From an uncultured Acidobacteriota bacterium (GTDB lineage Bacteria; Acidobacteriota; Terriglobia; UBA7540), in assembly GCA_963804995.1 (NCBI GenBank), contig CAWDSK010000003.1, positions 800,001-864,000 of the forward strand: a stretch of 64,000 nucleotides of DNA, given 5' to 3'. The position numbers and the translations under genes were made by a program. Positions 1 to 9,728 of the stretch are shown in pieces. The notes under the pieces were generated by a model that did no database searches, had not been told where the DNA came from, and saw only the letters and a program-made list of their open reading frames with translations. Each line of letters begins with the position of its first letter. The first letter of the stretch is position 1.

Positions 1-258
1 AGCCCGGCCCGTGGCAGTTTATCTCCACCCAGACCTATCGCCGCAGCCGGCTATTTACGTATCAGGGCTTCGGCTGGAGCTCAAGCTTCCGATGCTATTG
101 TCTGAGCGACCCGGCGGTCTCTGACCGCCTGCCTCCCCTCGGTCGGAGACCGACACTACAGCAAACCCGCTCCTCCGGCCAAAGAGTCCGAACTTGCCTT
201 TCAATAATAGCTTTGTTATCAGTGATTTATCGGAAATTTTCGCAAGTAACTTGCTTTT

Positions 259-278
259 CTGTAACAATTCCTTAACAA
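259..278 (+). promoter_or_regulatory. Pho-box-like direct repeat upstream of phosphate transport operon
   Basis: CTGTAAC-AATT-CCTTAAC, two half-sites at 11-bp period, 34 bp upstream of the DUF47/PiT operon. Confidence 0.5.
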
Positions 279-311
279 TACGGGGCTCTAAAAAACCGCT
301 GAGGACTAACC

Positions 312-923
312 GTGCAACTGATACCTCGCGACGAGAAGTTTTACGACCTCTTTCGCGAACAAGCTGAAAACATCCACAAGGCTGCGAAGATGCTGGTCGC
401 CCTGTTTGACGACTTCCAGGAAGTCGAAAAACAGATTTCAGAAATCAAATTTCTGGAGCACAAGGGCGATCAGCTCACGCACGCCCTGATGAAGAAACTG
501 AACCGGACGTTCATTACCCCCATCGACCGGGAAGATATCCACGCGCTCTGTTCGGCCCTGGATGACGTGCTCGACCTGGTAGACGCCGCCGCCAGCCGCA
601 TGACTACGTACAAGGTCAAGAAGGTTACGCCCGGGGCGCAGCAACTCGCCAAGGTTATCCTGCATGGAACTGAGATCATCGTGAAGGCGGTGGCGCAACT
701 GAAGCATCCTCAGAACATCCTCGAGTACTGCGAGCAACTCACCTTGCTCGAAGAGGAAGCCGACCGCATCAAGGGCGAATGCGTTGCCCGCTTGTTTGAG
801 GATTCCACGGATCCCATGGAAGTGATCAAGTGGAAGGAAATCTACGAGGTCCTGGAAGCGACAACGGATAGGTGCGAAGACGTGGCGGACGTCCTTGAAT
901 CCGTGGTTCTGAAGGCGGCGTGA
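312..923 (+). CDS. DUF47 (PhoU-like) phosphate transport regulator
   Basis: LEHKGD..., L...FITPIDREDI, LEEEADRI, WKEIYEVLE..TDRCEDVA motifs; directly upstream of PiT transporter; GAGGA RBS before GTG. Confidence 0.92.
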   Translation: MQLIPRDEKFYDLFREQAENIHKAAKMLVALFDDFQEVEKQISEIKFLEHKGDQLTHALMKKLNRTFITPIDREDIHALCSALDDVLDLVDAAASRMTTYKVKKVTPGAQQLAKVILHGTEIIVKAVAQLKHPQNILEYCEQLTLLEEEADRIKGECVARLFEDSTDPMEVIKWKEIYEVLEATTDRCEDVADVLESVVLKAA

Positions 924-1019
924 GGGCAGACCGGCCGCCGGTTTCTCAGGGCTCAGTTACACCCGGGCAAACGTGCAAGCCGAACCTGCCGCGATCCTCC
1001 CCGGTAAGGCGCACAGCGA

Positions 1020-2024
1020 ATGACCCCATCACTGGCCTTTGCACTTCTCCTTGTCGTCGTGGCGCTGGGCTTCGACTTTCTCAACGGCTTTCACGATGCA
1101 GCGAACTCCATTGCCACGGTGGTTTCTACGCGTGTGCTCTCCCCCCGTATGGCGGTGGCCTGGGCGGCTTTCTTCAATTTTGTGGCGGCGTTTACCTTCG
1201 GCACGGCTGTCGCCAGGACCATGGGCCAGGGGATGATCCGCTTGTCGGCCATCAATCTCTACGTGATTCTGGCCGGCCTGCTGGGCGCCATCTTTTGGGA
1301 TATCGTGACCTGGTATTACGGGTTGCCGGTGAGTTCGTCGCACGCACTGATGGGAGGATATGCGGGAGCGGCCATCGCCAAGGCCGGCTGGGGCGTCATC
1401 CTGCCGGAGGGTTGGACCAAAACCCTGGCGTTCATCATTCTCTCACCGGCCATCGGATTCGTTCTGGGCGGTGGCCTGATGCTGGCGGTGTATTGGATCT
1501 TTCGCAATTGGGCCCCGCAGCGACTGGATAAGTACTTTCGCAAGCTGCAACTGCTCTCGGCCGCCGCTTACAGTTTTGGCCACGGCACCAACGACGCGCA
1601 GAAAACCATGGGGATCATCTCGGGGATTTTGTTCACCGCCGGAGTCCTGAAAAGGTTTTATATTCCCTTCTGGGTGGTGTTGATTGCGCACGCTGCCATT
1701 GCCATGGGAACCATGGCGGGCGGCTGGCGCATCGTGAAAACCATGGGCATGAGGATTACCCGGCTGAAACCCGTGGGAGGATTCTGCGCAGAAACCGCTG
1801 CCGCCATCAGCCTGCTGGGCACCGCCCTGGCGGGAATCCCCGTTTCTACCACGCACACCATCGCGGGAGGAATCATGGGCGTGGGCAGCGTGCAGCGCTT
1901 CAGCGCCGTCCGCTGGGGAGTGGCGCGCGGCATCATGTGGGCCTGGGTGCTGACGATCCCCATCTCCGGCGCCGTCTCCTATTTGTGCTTTGTGCTGATC
2001 CACCATTTCTTCTCCGCGGCGTGA
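1020..2024 (+). CDS. pit: inorganic phosphate transporter, PiT family
   Basis: GFHDAANSIAT and HGTNDAQKTMG signature repeats, PVSSSH / PVSTTH motifs, many TM segments. Confidence 0.95.
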   Translation: MTPSLAFALLLVVVALGFDFLNGFHDAANSIATVVSTRVLSPRMAVAWAAFFNFVAAFTFGTAVARTMGQGMIRLSAINLYVILAGLLGAIFWDIVTWYYGLPVSSSHALMGGYAGAAIAKAGWGVILPEGWTKTLAFIILSPAIGFVLGGGLMLAVYWIFRNWAPQRLDKYFRKLQLLSAAAYSFGHGTNDAQKTMGIISGILFTAGVLKRFYIPFWVVLIAHAAIAMGTMAGGWRIVKTMGMRITRLKPVGGFCAETAAAISLLGTALAGIPVSTTHTIAGGIMGVGSVQRFSAVRWGVARGIMWAWVLTIPISGAVSYLCFVLIHHFFSAA

Positions 2025-2071
2025 ACCCCACCGCCATAGCGAATTCCTGGATGATATTCAGGGCAGCCAGG

Positions 2072-3013
2072 TCAGAAGTGAGGCCCCCCCTCCTCGGACG
2101 TTACGTCCCCCAGCGTGTCCCACATGTTGCCCGTAGAGGGGCTACGCGGCCCTTGTCCCACCAAGTTCACCATGGCTTGGAGCAACGTTTGATAAACCGG
2201 GACAAACTCTGGCGCGCTACGTTTCAGGGCGGCAACATGGCGGCGAATAGTTGCCCAATCTCCCCGCACCGCCGGACCCGTCAGTGCGCGACGCGCTCCG
2301 AGCTCTGCGAAGTTCTTGGATGTTTCCGTCACGAACATCCTCAGCATAGGACGCGAGATTCTGGTCGGGACTCCAGCTTTCCTCAACAAGCGCGCGGATT
2401 GCTCCATCAGCGTAACGACCGTTGGGCATACGAGAAACGCGGAAAGGTGATACAGCGTTTTCTCTTTGGGGCTAACACGAAATGCAACTCCCCGCAACAA
2501 CTTCACCCACTGTCTTGCGACCCGGAGCGCGCGGCGGTCGCCCTCGATTCCCCAAAAGCCACCGCGCAAATTTCGCATGCCCGCCTGCGGACTCGGAACG
2601 GTCTGATAGGGGTGAAGCGAGCCCACCGATGCGCCTCGCAATTTGAGCGGCCGCAGTATCGAGCTCGGCAGTGAGCCGCAAGTGTGAAGCACGACTTTAC
2701 CACGCCAAGAATCCTTCCCCCTCGTTTGCTTCGCAAATACTCGTGCAATCTCAACGAGGGCTGAGTCGGAAACCGTAATCAAGAAGACCTGGGCCCGCAG
2801 CAGCCGGGGATCAGTGAGCGCGACAACTTCTCCGCACCCGATGAAGCGCGCTGCGGCACGAGCCCGGGCGGGATTGCGGGCGGCGATGTATGCGATCGGC
2901 ACGTCGGACCGCGCAAGCAGACGCCCCATCGCCTGACCGATGCGGCCCGGACCGATAATGGCTACTCCTGAATACGAATTGTGCTTGCTGACCTTGAGTC
3001 TCACGGGAGACAA
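2072..3013 (-). CDS. Rossmann-like + DUF2520 domain oxidoreductase (PanG-like ketopantoate reductase family)
   Basis: IIGPGRIG dinucleotide motif, [26 protein letters not shown] typical of DUF2520; overlaps uvrB stop; start uncertain. Confidence 0.8.
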   Translation of the reverse strand: MSPVRLKVSKHNSYSGVAIIGPGRIGQAMGRLLARSDVPIAYIAARNPARARAAARFIGCGEVVALTDPRLLRAQVFLITVSDSALVEIARVFAKQTRGKDSWRGKVVLHTCGSLPSSILRPLKLRGASVGSLHPYQTVPSPQAGMRNLRGGFWGIEGDRRALRVARQWVKLLRGVAFRVSPKEKTLYHLSAFLVCPTVVTLMEQSARLLRKAGVPTRISRPMLRMFVTETSKNFAELGARRALTGPAVRGDWATIRRHVAALKRSAPEFVPVYQTLLQAMVNLVGQGPRSPSTGNMWDTLGDVTSEEGGPHF

Positions 3014-4998
3014 TCCGGGCTCCTGACACCTTTCTCTTTAAGTCCCTTGACGCGATCCCGCAACTGCGCGGCTTTCTCAAACTCAAATTGTTTTGCCGCC
3101 TCACGCATCCGGGTTTCGAGATTACGGATCAACTCGTCTAGCTGGTCACCGGTCACCGCCTCATCTTCGACCATTTCCAGCGGGACCGTGACGTAATCAG
3201 CCGCCACGATGGAAGCCAGGGCCATATCCACGGGCTTGATGATGGACTCTGGAGTGATGCCGTTCTCCTGGTTGTACTGGACTTGCTTGACGCGGCGGCG
3301 ATTGGTTTCGGCGATAGCATGCTGCATCGAATCGGTATGACGGTCGGCGTAGAGTATCGCTTTGCCGTGCAGATTGCGCGCGGCGCGTCCCATAGTTTGA
3401 ATCAGCGCGCCGGCGGAGCGGAGATAGCCTTCCTTATCGGCATCAAGGATAGCGACCAGCGATACTTCCGGCAGGTCCAAGCCTTCGCGCAGCAGGTTGA
3501 TCCCAATCAGCACATCGAACTCACCGCGCCGCAAATCCCGCAGGATTTTAACGCGCTCGAGGGTCTCAATCTCGGAATGGAGGTAGCGGCAGCGCACGCC
3601 CACTTCCGCGTAGTATTCGGCCAAGTCCTCAGACATGCGCTTGGTCAGAGTGGTGACCAGCACGCGTTCACTGGCCGCGGCCCGCTGGCGGATTTCACCG
3701 AGCAGATCGTCAATCTGGTTCCGCGTGGAGCGAACCTCCACCTCCGGGTCAATCAGCCCCGTGGGGCGGATGATCTGCTCCACCACTTCCCCACCGGTTT
3801 TGGTCAGCTCGTACGGCCCCGGTGTCGCGGAAACATAAATCAATTGGCCGACCCGGTGTTCGAACTCTTCAAAAGATAGCGGGCGATTGTCAAGCGCCGA
3901 CGGCAATCGGAATCCGTAATCCACCAGCGTCTGTTTGCGCGAGCGGTCGCCATGATACATGCCGCGAAGTTGGGGAACCGTCTGGTGGCTTTCGTCAATG
4001 AATAGCACGGCGTCCTGAGGCAGATAATCGAGCAATGTCGGCGGCGGCTCACCCGGCAGGCGCCCGGAAAGGTGCCGCGAGTAATTCTCAATCCCGTGGC
4101 AATAGCCCATTTCCTTGATCATTTCGAGGTCAAACATGGTGCGCTGATGAATGCGCTGCGCCTCCACCAGCTTTCCCTGTTTCTCGAGTTCGCCCCGCCA
4201 CCACTCGAGTTCGCTCTTGATGCGCTCCACGGCATCATCTTTCCGTTCGGCGGGCAGGACGTAATGGGTACGAGGATAAATCGGCAGGCGAGCAAGGGAT
4301 TGTTTTACCTGGCCGAATAGAGGGTCGATTTGCGCCATGGCCTCGACCTGCTCGCCCCACATCTCAATGCGGTAGGCATTGTCCTCGTAGGTCGGATAAA
4401 TCTCGATCACGTCACCACGCACGCGGAAGGTCCCGCGCCGGAAGTCCACATCGTTGCGCTCGTATTGAATCTCCACCAGCCGGCGGAGGATATCCTGCCG
4501 CGAAATTTTCTGGCCTTTTTCGAGCAAAAGCAGCATGCCGTAATAAGCCTCCGGCGAACCCAGGCCGTAGATGCAGGAGACGCTGGCCACGATCAGGCAG
4601 TCGCGCCGTTCAAAGAGCGAGCGGGTGGCGGACATGCGCAGCTTGTCCAGCTCGTCGTTGATAGTCGATTCCTTCTCGATATAAACGTCCGCCGCGGGAA
4701 TGTAAGCTTCCGGCTGGTAATAGTCGTAATAGCTGACGAAGTATTCGACAGCGTTGCGGGGAAAGAAATTGCGGAACTCGTGATAAAGCTGCGCGGCCAG
4801 GGTTTTGTTGTGGGCTAAGACGAGGGTAGGACGGTTGAGGGCCTCCGCCACCTTGGCCACGGTAAAGGTCTTGCCGGAACCTGTAACGCCCAGCAGGACC
4901 TGGTGCTGTTTACCATCCTCCAACCCGCCAACCAGTTCGCGGATGGCAGTCGCCTGGTCGCCACGCGGCTGGTAATCGGAAAAAAGTTTGAAGTCCAT
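3001..4998 (-). CDS. uvrB: excinuclease ABC subunit B
   Basis: GVTGSGKT Walker [14 protein letters not shown] beta-hairpin, [15 protein letters not shown]-terminal UVR domain (FEKAAQLRD). Confidence 0.99.
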   Translation of the reverse strand: MDFKLFSDYQPRGDQATAIRELVGGLEDGKQHQVLLGVTGSGKTFTVAKVAEALNRPTLVLAHNKTLAAQLYHEFRNFFPRNAVEYFVSYYDYYQPEAYIPAADVYIEKESTINDELDKLRMSATRSLFERRDCLIVASVSCIYGLGSPEAYYGMLLLLEKGQKISRQDILRRLVEIQYERNDVDFRRGTFRVRGDVIEIYPTYEDNAYRIEMWGEQVEAMAQIDPLFGQVKQSLARLPIYPRTHYVLPAERKDDAVERIKSELEWWRGELEKQGKLVEAQRIHQRTMFDLEMIKEMGYCHGIENYSRHLSGRLPGEPPPTLLDYLPQDAVLFIDESHQTVPQLRGMYHGDRSRKQTLVDYGFRLPSALDNRPLSFEEFEHRVGQLIYVSATPGPYELTKTGGEVVEQIIRPTGLIDPEVEVRSTRNQIDDLLGEIRQRAAASERVLVTTLTKRMSEDLAEYYAEVGVRCRYLHSEIETLERVKILRDLRRGEFDVLIGINLLREGLDLPEVSLVAILDADKEGYLRSAGALIQTMGRAARNLHGKAILYADRHTDSMQHAIAETNRRRVKQVQYNQENGITPESIIKPVDMALASIVAADYVTVPLEMVEDEAVTGDQLDELIRNLETRMREAAKQFEFEKAAQLRDRVKGLKEKGVRSPDCLP

Positions 4999-5161
4999 CG
5001 CCCCTGCTCGTTCTGACTGTCAACGGCCAAAACACCATTATAGCGCGGGACGGGCCAGGCATTTCTGCGGACCTCATGCCAAACGCGGTGCGAGTCTAAG
5101 GAATTATGTTACGATGGTGAGGATGTTCAGGCATGAAATTTACGGAATAAAGGTAGGTTCT

Positions 5162-6163
5162 ATGGATCAATTCGTCCCGCGGCATGCGTCGAGATTTATC
5201 GCGGCCCTCCTCTTGGCAGGGCTGATGACGGGCCTGGCGCACGCCCAAGCACCCACAACCAAGCCCGCAGGCACGCCGCCCGCCACGAGCAAGCCTGAAC
5301 TGCCATCCTTCCAAGTGCCGGAATCGCCCGACGCGGTGGTCTTGAAGGTCAGCGACCAGCAGTTCACCAAGGCAGATATTGATTTCTTGTTCGACAACTT
5401 AAATCCGCAGGCCCAAAAAACCATGGCCACACAGGGACGAAAGCCCCTGGGTGATCAGTTTGCCCTGGTCGTAATGCTCTCCCAACAAGCAAAATCGCAT
5501 CACTTGGACCAGACCCCGGCTTTTCAACACAGACTGACCGTGCAAAAGCAGCAACTTGAGGCGCAGGCTGCCTATGACGAAATCGTCCAGCAAGCCAAGG
5601 TGAATCCGGAAGATATCAGCCAGTATTATTCCGCCCACGCCGCCGACTATGACCAACTAATGGTCAGGCAATTCGTGGTCCGCACCCGCGCCGCAAACGC
5701 TCAAACCGGACCGGGCCTGCCCGTGGAGGAAGCCAAAACCCGCGCTGAGGCGATCCGTAAAGAAGTGGCGGCCGGAACTGACATCAAGAAAGTGATCGAG
5801 GATTTCAAGGCTCCCGGGGATGTGATCATCGAAGCCGAACCCCGCAGCGTCCGCAAGGGAAACTTACGCCCGGAGCTAGAAAAAGCCGCCTTCGCTCTTA
5901 AAGATGGGGAAGTATCGCAAGTTCTTGATGTTACGCAGGCGGAGGCATTTTTCCAGGTTACCGCACACAGCCGCGCCGAGCTTAAGGATGTTTCCGCACA
6001 AATTGAGGAGACCCTACGAAAAGGAAAGATCGACGCCGCGGTGAATGACCTCAAGAAAAAAAATACAGTTTGGATGGACGATCAGTATTTTGCTGCTCCG
6101 GAGGCACCGACACTCGGACCAAGGTTAAGTGAGCCTGCGGGCAAGCCTCCAGCCAAACCCTGA
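5162..6163 (+). CDS. exported parvulin/PpiC-type peptidyl-prolyl isomerase (SurA/PrsA-like)
   Basis: Signal peptide ending AHA, Pro-rich linker, helical chaperone region, EEAKTRAEAI..., PELEKAAFALKDGEVS rotamase motif; catalytic His residues look degenerate. Confidence 0.75.
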   Translation: MDQFVPRHASRFIAALLLAGLMTGLAHAQAPTTKPAGTPPATSKPELPSFQVPESPDAVVLKVSDQQFTKADIDFLFDNLNPQAQKTMATQGRKPLGDQFALVVMLSQQAKSHHLDQTPAFQHRLTVQKQQLEAQAAYDEIVQQAKVNPEDISQYYSAHAADYDQLMVRQFVVRTRAANAQTGPGLPVEEAKTRAEAIRKEVAAGTDIKKVIEDFKAPGDVIIEAEPRSVRKGNLRPELEKAAFALKDGEVSQVLDVTQAEAFFQVTAHSRAELKDVSAQIEETLRKGKIDAAVNDLKKKNTVWMDDQYFAAPEAPTLGPRLSEPAGKPPAKP

Positions 6164-6349
6164 GTCCAGCGTGCCAAAAAGAAAACTTTTGCGTTATCTG
6201 GATTTGAGTGGTTTTTTGACGGTCCGCGGCACTTCGCTTGCAAATTCTTAGAATTCCGGAAACGGGCGGCCGCTTCGCCACTCCCAGCCGCGTAGCGGCG
6301 GCAGAATGTGGCCCATGGCGGGAGAAACTGTGAAAAAATCCCATCAAAC

Positions 6350-6431
6350 CTTTCACCGCGGAGACGCGGAGGCGCAGAGGTTTGAAAACAAAGGGTCATT
6401 TCTCTGCGTCTCAGCGTCTCAGCGGTGAAAG
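6350..6431. repeat. palindromic element (CTTTCACCGC..GCAGAG / CTCTGC..GCGGTGAAAG)
   Basis: ~29-bp imperfect inverted arms around a ~22-bp spacer; supplies the stop codon of the toxin ORF. Confidence 0.85.
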
Positions 6432-6665
6432 CAGAACATCACCTCGAACCTGATAAATGAGCGCGTAGGGATACTTGTTGGTCCGGCAGCGCCGGGTTCT
6501 TTTTGAGATCAGCGACCAGGCTTCGGGGTATTGGAGGATTCTTTCGAGGGTTCGTCTTACTTCCTGGGCAAATCGGGAGCCGAGCCCTGGCTCTTGTAAA
6601 TCATAATAGGCGATGGCCTCCGCCAACTCGGCTCGGGCCGGAGCCAAAAACTCAATGGCCATCAC
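6411..6665 (-). CDS. RelE/ParE-family type II toxin, probably C-terminally truncated
   Basis: F...A..EL.EA..YY....PGLG.RF..., YP..W, R....KYPY.LIY pattern; last residues are encoded by the palindrome. Confidence 0.8.
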   Translation of the reverse strand: MMAIEFLAPARAELAEAIAYYDLQEPGLGSRFAQEVRRTLERILQYPEAWSLISKRTRRCRTNKYPYALIYQVRGDVLLSPLRR

Positions 6666-6892
6666 GGTTTCACGTTCTTGGTGGCACCGAAGACTTCGCG
6701 AGCGGAAACGGTTTTGATCTCACCACGCTCATATGCATCGAGACGCTCTTCCGCTTCCCGCCCCCATAATTCATCGATTCTACGCTCGGGCGAAGAATCA
6801 AGACTTGCCAGGAGACGGTCTATTACTTCTGCCCGCTCCGCAGGCGGAAGGGATAATGCCTCTTCCAGAACCTCTGTACCTTTCTTTGACAT
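6662..6892 (-). CDS. putative addiction-module antitoxin component
   Basis: EALSLP..ERAE....LLASLD......IDELW..EAE.R..AY..G pattern; 4-nt overlap with toxin start. Confidence 0.85.
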   Translation of the reverse strand: MSKKGTEVLEEALSLPPAERAEVIDRLLASLDSSPERRIDELWGREAEERLDAYERGEIKTVSAREVFGATKNVKP

Positions 6893-7030
6893 GTCCGAGA
6901 CACCCCTTATATGCATTGTAGCATGGCCGGGATTCCCACGCTGGAGGGGCATGAACAATCAAACCTGTTTTGGGGGCTGGTTGGCGCAGAGCGAGCCCAG
7001 CTCTGCGATTCGTCCCTGATTGATAACGAA

Positions 7031-7157
7031 GAGCCGCGGACCTAAACAACAGGTCCGCGCTACACGTGCTTGTCTCAACGACAGGGGTCTGCTTTCGGAA
7101 TTGGGTGTGTGAATCTCAGGAAGAACCGCAGACCCCAACGGCGGGGGTCTGCGCTAC
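7031..7157. repeat. two GTAG-type REP-like hairpins (7031-7063, 7124-7157)
   Basis: Reverse strand reads GTAG-CGCGGACC..GGTCCGCG and GTAG-CGCAGACC..GGTCTGCG; related copies at 15700-15732 and 17391-17422. Confidence 0.75.
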
Positions 7158-7234
7158 GATTGCATTGGTTCTGTTCTCTTTCGCACCTACCGCGGCCGAG
7201 TGAACTCGTCGGAGAATATCCGCCCAGGGCTCCC

Positions 7235-8023
7235 TCAATGCGAAATCGTGGCTTTAGTGGCCCCTGTCGATATGCCGCCATCAACCAGCAAGGTTTGCCC
7301 GGTGATGTACTGGCAGGCGTCCGAGGCCAGGAAGACAACTGCGCCATTGAGATCGTCGGGCTGGCCGGGCCGCTTCATGGGAATCCGGTCGGTAAGGTAA
7401 TCGACCCACTCCTGGTTCTGATACAGCACTTCGGTCTGCTTGGTCTTGAACCATCCTGGCGCCAGGCAGTTGACGCTAATCCCGTATGGCCCCCAGTCGT
7501 CGGCCAGACTCATGGTGAGCTGCTTGACGCCGCCGCGGCTGGCGCAGTACGGAGCCAGTCCCGCATAACCAAAGACGCAGGTGACCGAGCCGATGTTCAC
7601 AATCCGCCCGTACCGGCGCGGAACCATGCGCTTGGCCACTGCCTGGGCCACAAAGAAAGTGCCTCGCAGGTTGGTATCAACCACCAGATTCCAGTCATCC
7701 CACGTGACCTCGAGCCCCGGCTTGCGGACATTGCAGCCCGCGTTGTTCACCAGGATATCGATCTTGCCGTAAGCGGCTTCGGCATCCGCCACCATCTTCT
7801 GAATACTGTCGTAATTCCTAACGTCGAGTTCGAGCGGCACCGCGCGCCGGCCCAGACCCTCGATTTCCTTGCGGAAGGGTTCGAGCGATTCCAGCTTGCG
7901 GGCGGTGATGACCAGGTCAGCGCCGGCATGCGCCAGGGCTCGTCCCAGGTACTGGCCAAGCCCGCGGCTGGCTCCGGTAACAATCGCTACCTTACCCGAC
8001 AGATCGAAAACGTTGTTGCTCAT
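7235..8023 (-). CDS. SDR oxidoreductase, gluconate 5-dehydrogenase/KduD-like
   Basis: TGASRGLG, NNAG, NIGS, YCASR (YxxxK variant with Arg), PGWF, VDGG. Confidence 0.85.
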   Translation of the reverse strand: MSNNVFDLSGKVAIVTGASRGLGQYLGRALAHAGADLVITARKLESLEPFRKEIEGLGRRAVPLELDVRNYDSIQKMVADAEAAYGKIDILVNNAGCNVRKPGLEVTWDDWNLVVDTNLRGTFFVAQAVAKRMVPRRYGRIVNIGSVTCVFGYAGLAPYCASRGGVKQLTMSLADDWGPYGISVNCLAPGWFKTKQTEVLYQNQEWVDYLTDRIPMKRPGQPDDLNGAVVFLASDACQYITGQTLLVDGGISTGATKATISH

Positions 8024-8032
8024 ATGAACTCC

Positions 8033-9064
8033 TTAGGGTTGCAAGATGACTTTCATGAGGTTCGGGTCGCGGCCGTACAAACGCTCAAACCATGCCGCGC
8101 CCTCCGCGAGGGGTGCGGTGGCGCTGATCAGCGGGTCAACCCGAATAGCCCGCCGCGCCAGCAGATCAATGCACGCGGGGTACTCTCCCGAAGACGCGCA
8201 CGAGCCCTGAATGCGAATCTGCCGCGTGACGGCGGATTGCAGCGGCAGCTCCACCTGCGGGGAAATATTGCCAATCAGGGTCAGAAATCCTCCTTTGCGG
8301 AGACTCGCGAGCGCGGTCTGTAAAGCCTTGGTGTTCCCCACTACCTCAACAGCCACATCCGCCCCTCGGCCCGAGGTGTGGTCGCGGACTACGCTCGCAA
8401 CGTCACTCCGAGTGGCGTTCAGGCAGATGTCTGCGCCAAGTTCCCCGGCCACGCCGAGGCGCGCATCGTCCACATCAACGGCAATGACCCGGCCCGCGCC
8501 CGCCAGTCGAAGCACCTGAACCACCAGCAGGCCAATCATGCCGCTACCGACCACCACCGCCGTATCATCCAGCTTCACCGGCGTCAATGCCACGCCGTGG
8601 ACCGCCACCGACACGGCTTCGATCATCGCCGCGTGCTCGAAGCTGAGCGCCTCCGGAATCGGGTAAGAGATGTGTTGGGGAACTGCGACGTACTCCGCAA
8701 AAGCTCCGTGGCGCCGGTAATCGCCGGGAGAAACTCCCAACACCTGGCGGTCATCGCAAAGGTTCACTTCGCCGCGCCGGCAGAAGAAGCACTTGCCGCA
8801 GTAGACGGTGGAGTCAAAGGTCACCCGCTCGCCCACCCGGAACCGCGTCACGTTGCTGCCGATTTTGGCGACAACGCCCGCGGCTTCGTGGCCCATCACG
8901 ATGGGTGGAACACGCCGCCCCGTGCTGCCATCGAATCCGTGAATGTCACTGCCACAGATTCCGCAGGCCTTTACCCGCACCAGAAGGTCATCAGGACCAA
9001 CCTGGGGTTCCGGCATGTCCGTCATTTCGAGCTTTTTGTATTCCTTCAACATTAAGGCCTGCAT
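8033..9064 (-). CDS. Zn-dependent polyol/sugar dehydrogenase (MDR; sorbitol/galactitol-1-P dehydrogenase-like)
   Basis: CGICGSD, GHE, CGKCFFC...C structural Zn site, GSGMIG; ATG 9064 with AGGAG RBS. Confidence 0.9.
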   Translation of the reverse strand: MQALMLKEYKKLEMTDMPEPQVGPDDLLVRVKACGICGSDIHGFDGSTGRRVPPIVMGHEAAGVVAKIGSNVTRFRVGERVTFDSTVYCGKCFFCRRGEVNLCDDRQVLGVSPGDYRRHGAFAEYVAVPQHISYPIPEALSFEHAAMIEAVSVAVHGVALTPVKLDDTAVVVGSGMIGLLVVQVLRLAGAGRVIAVDVDDARLGVAGELGADICLNATRSDVASVVRDHTSGRGADVAVEVVGNTKALQTALASLRKGGFLTLIGNISPQVELPLQSAVTRQIRIQGSCASSGEYPACIDLLARRAIRVDPLISATAPLAEGAAWFERLYGRDPNLMKVILQP

Positions 9065-9088
9065 GTTCACTCCTGGATTCTACTGATT

Positions 9089-9728
9089 CTGGTGTCATAT
9101 TACAGAAGTTTGCTCACCAAGTCTCTGACCTGTGCGGGTCATTCCGCAGCCCCGTCAGGGGCGTAAGATCGTAGCCCAGGGCGCAAGCCCGTAAGCGTTA
9201 ACCTAGCCCTCTCCGAGGGGAGAGGGTGGACCGCAGCCGGCGTACTCATCAGCCGGGGCGGGACGGGCCTACGCCCTCCGAAGGGGTACCTGGGAGCAGT
9301 AAACAAGTTCAGCTTCGGCCCGCAGGCGGGTGAGGGGTTACTTCGTCAGCTTCGCATCGCCTAAGGCCAATCCATTCAGCGCCAACCCACTGGAAATTCA
9401 CACCCAGCCCACGCCGGGAACTCGCATGTAATCGTTTTTTTCTGCCGCGTCTTTTCCCATCTGAATCGGCTGTGAGTGGATACTTCTGAATTGCCCACCG
9501 GAAGTAACCCCTCACCCGTCGTGCTCCGGCTGGTGAAAGCGCCGGCAGCCCGCCACCCTCTCCCCTCGGAGAGGGCTATGAATTCGAGTCCCACTCTCCT
9601 CGGAGTAAACTCAAATTAAGTCCCCGTCGGTCACCAGCGGCGGGCCCCCCTCTGTCGCCGCGGCGACAGAGGGGCCGTTGGTGAGGGGGTTCTCTAATAA
9701 TCAGCGAACTTCTGACTCTAGGCACTAG
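9089..9728. mobile_element. composite non-autonomous (MITE-like) element filling the intergenic region
   Basis: Imperfect terminal inverted repeats CTGGTGTC-N6-CAGAAGTTTGCT (9089) / CTAGTGCC-N6-CAGAAGTTCGCT (reverse, 9728); inside are a 78-bp inverted pair (9204-9344, 9501-9578) and nested micro-insertions. Confidence 0.6.

Noticed and set aside
1..250. Possible 3' end of an upstream plus-strand gene
   Set aside because: Several frames are open but none shows a recognisable motif; cannot be called
9089..9728. CRISPR array or structured ncRNA/riboswitch
   Set aside because: No regularly spaced identical direct repeats with unique spacers; the structure is explained by inverted and nested repeats
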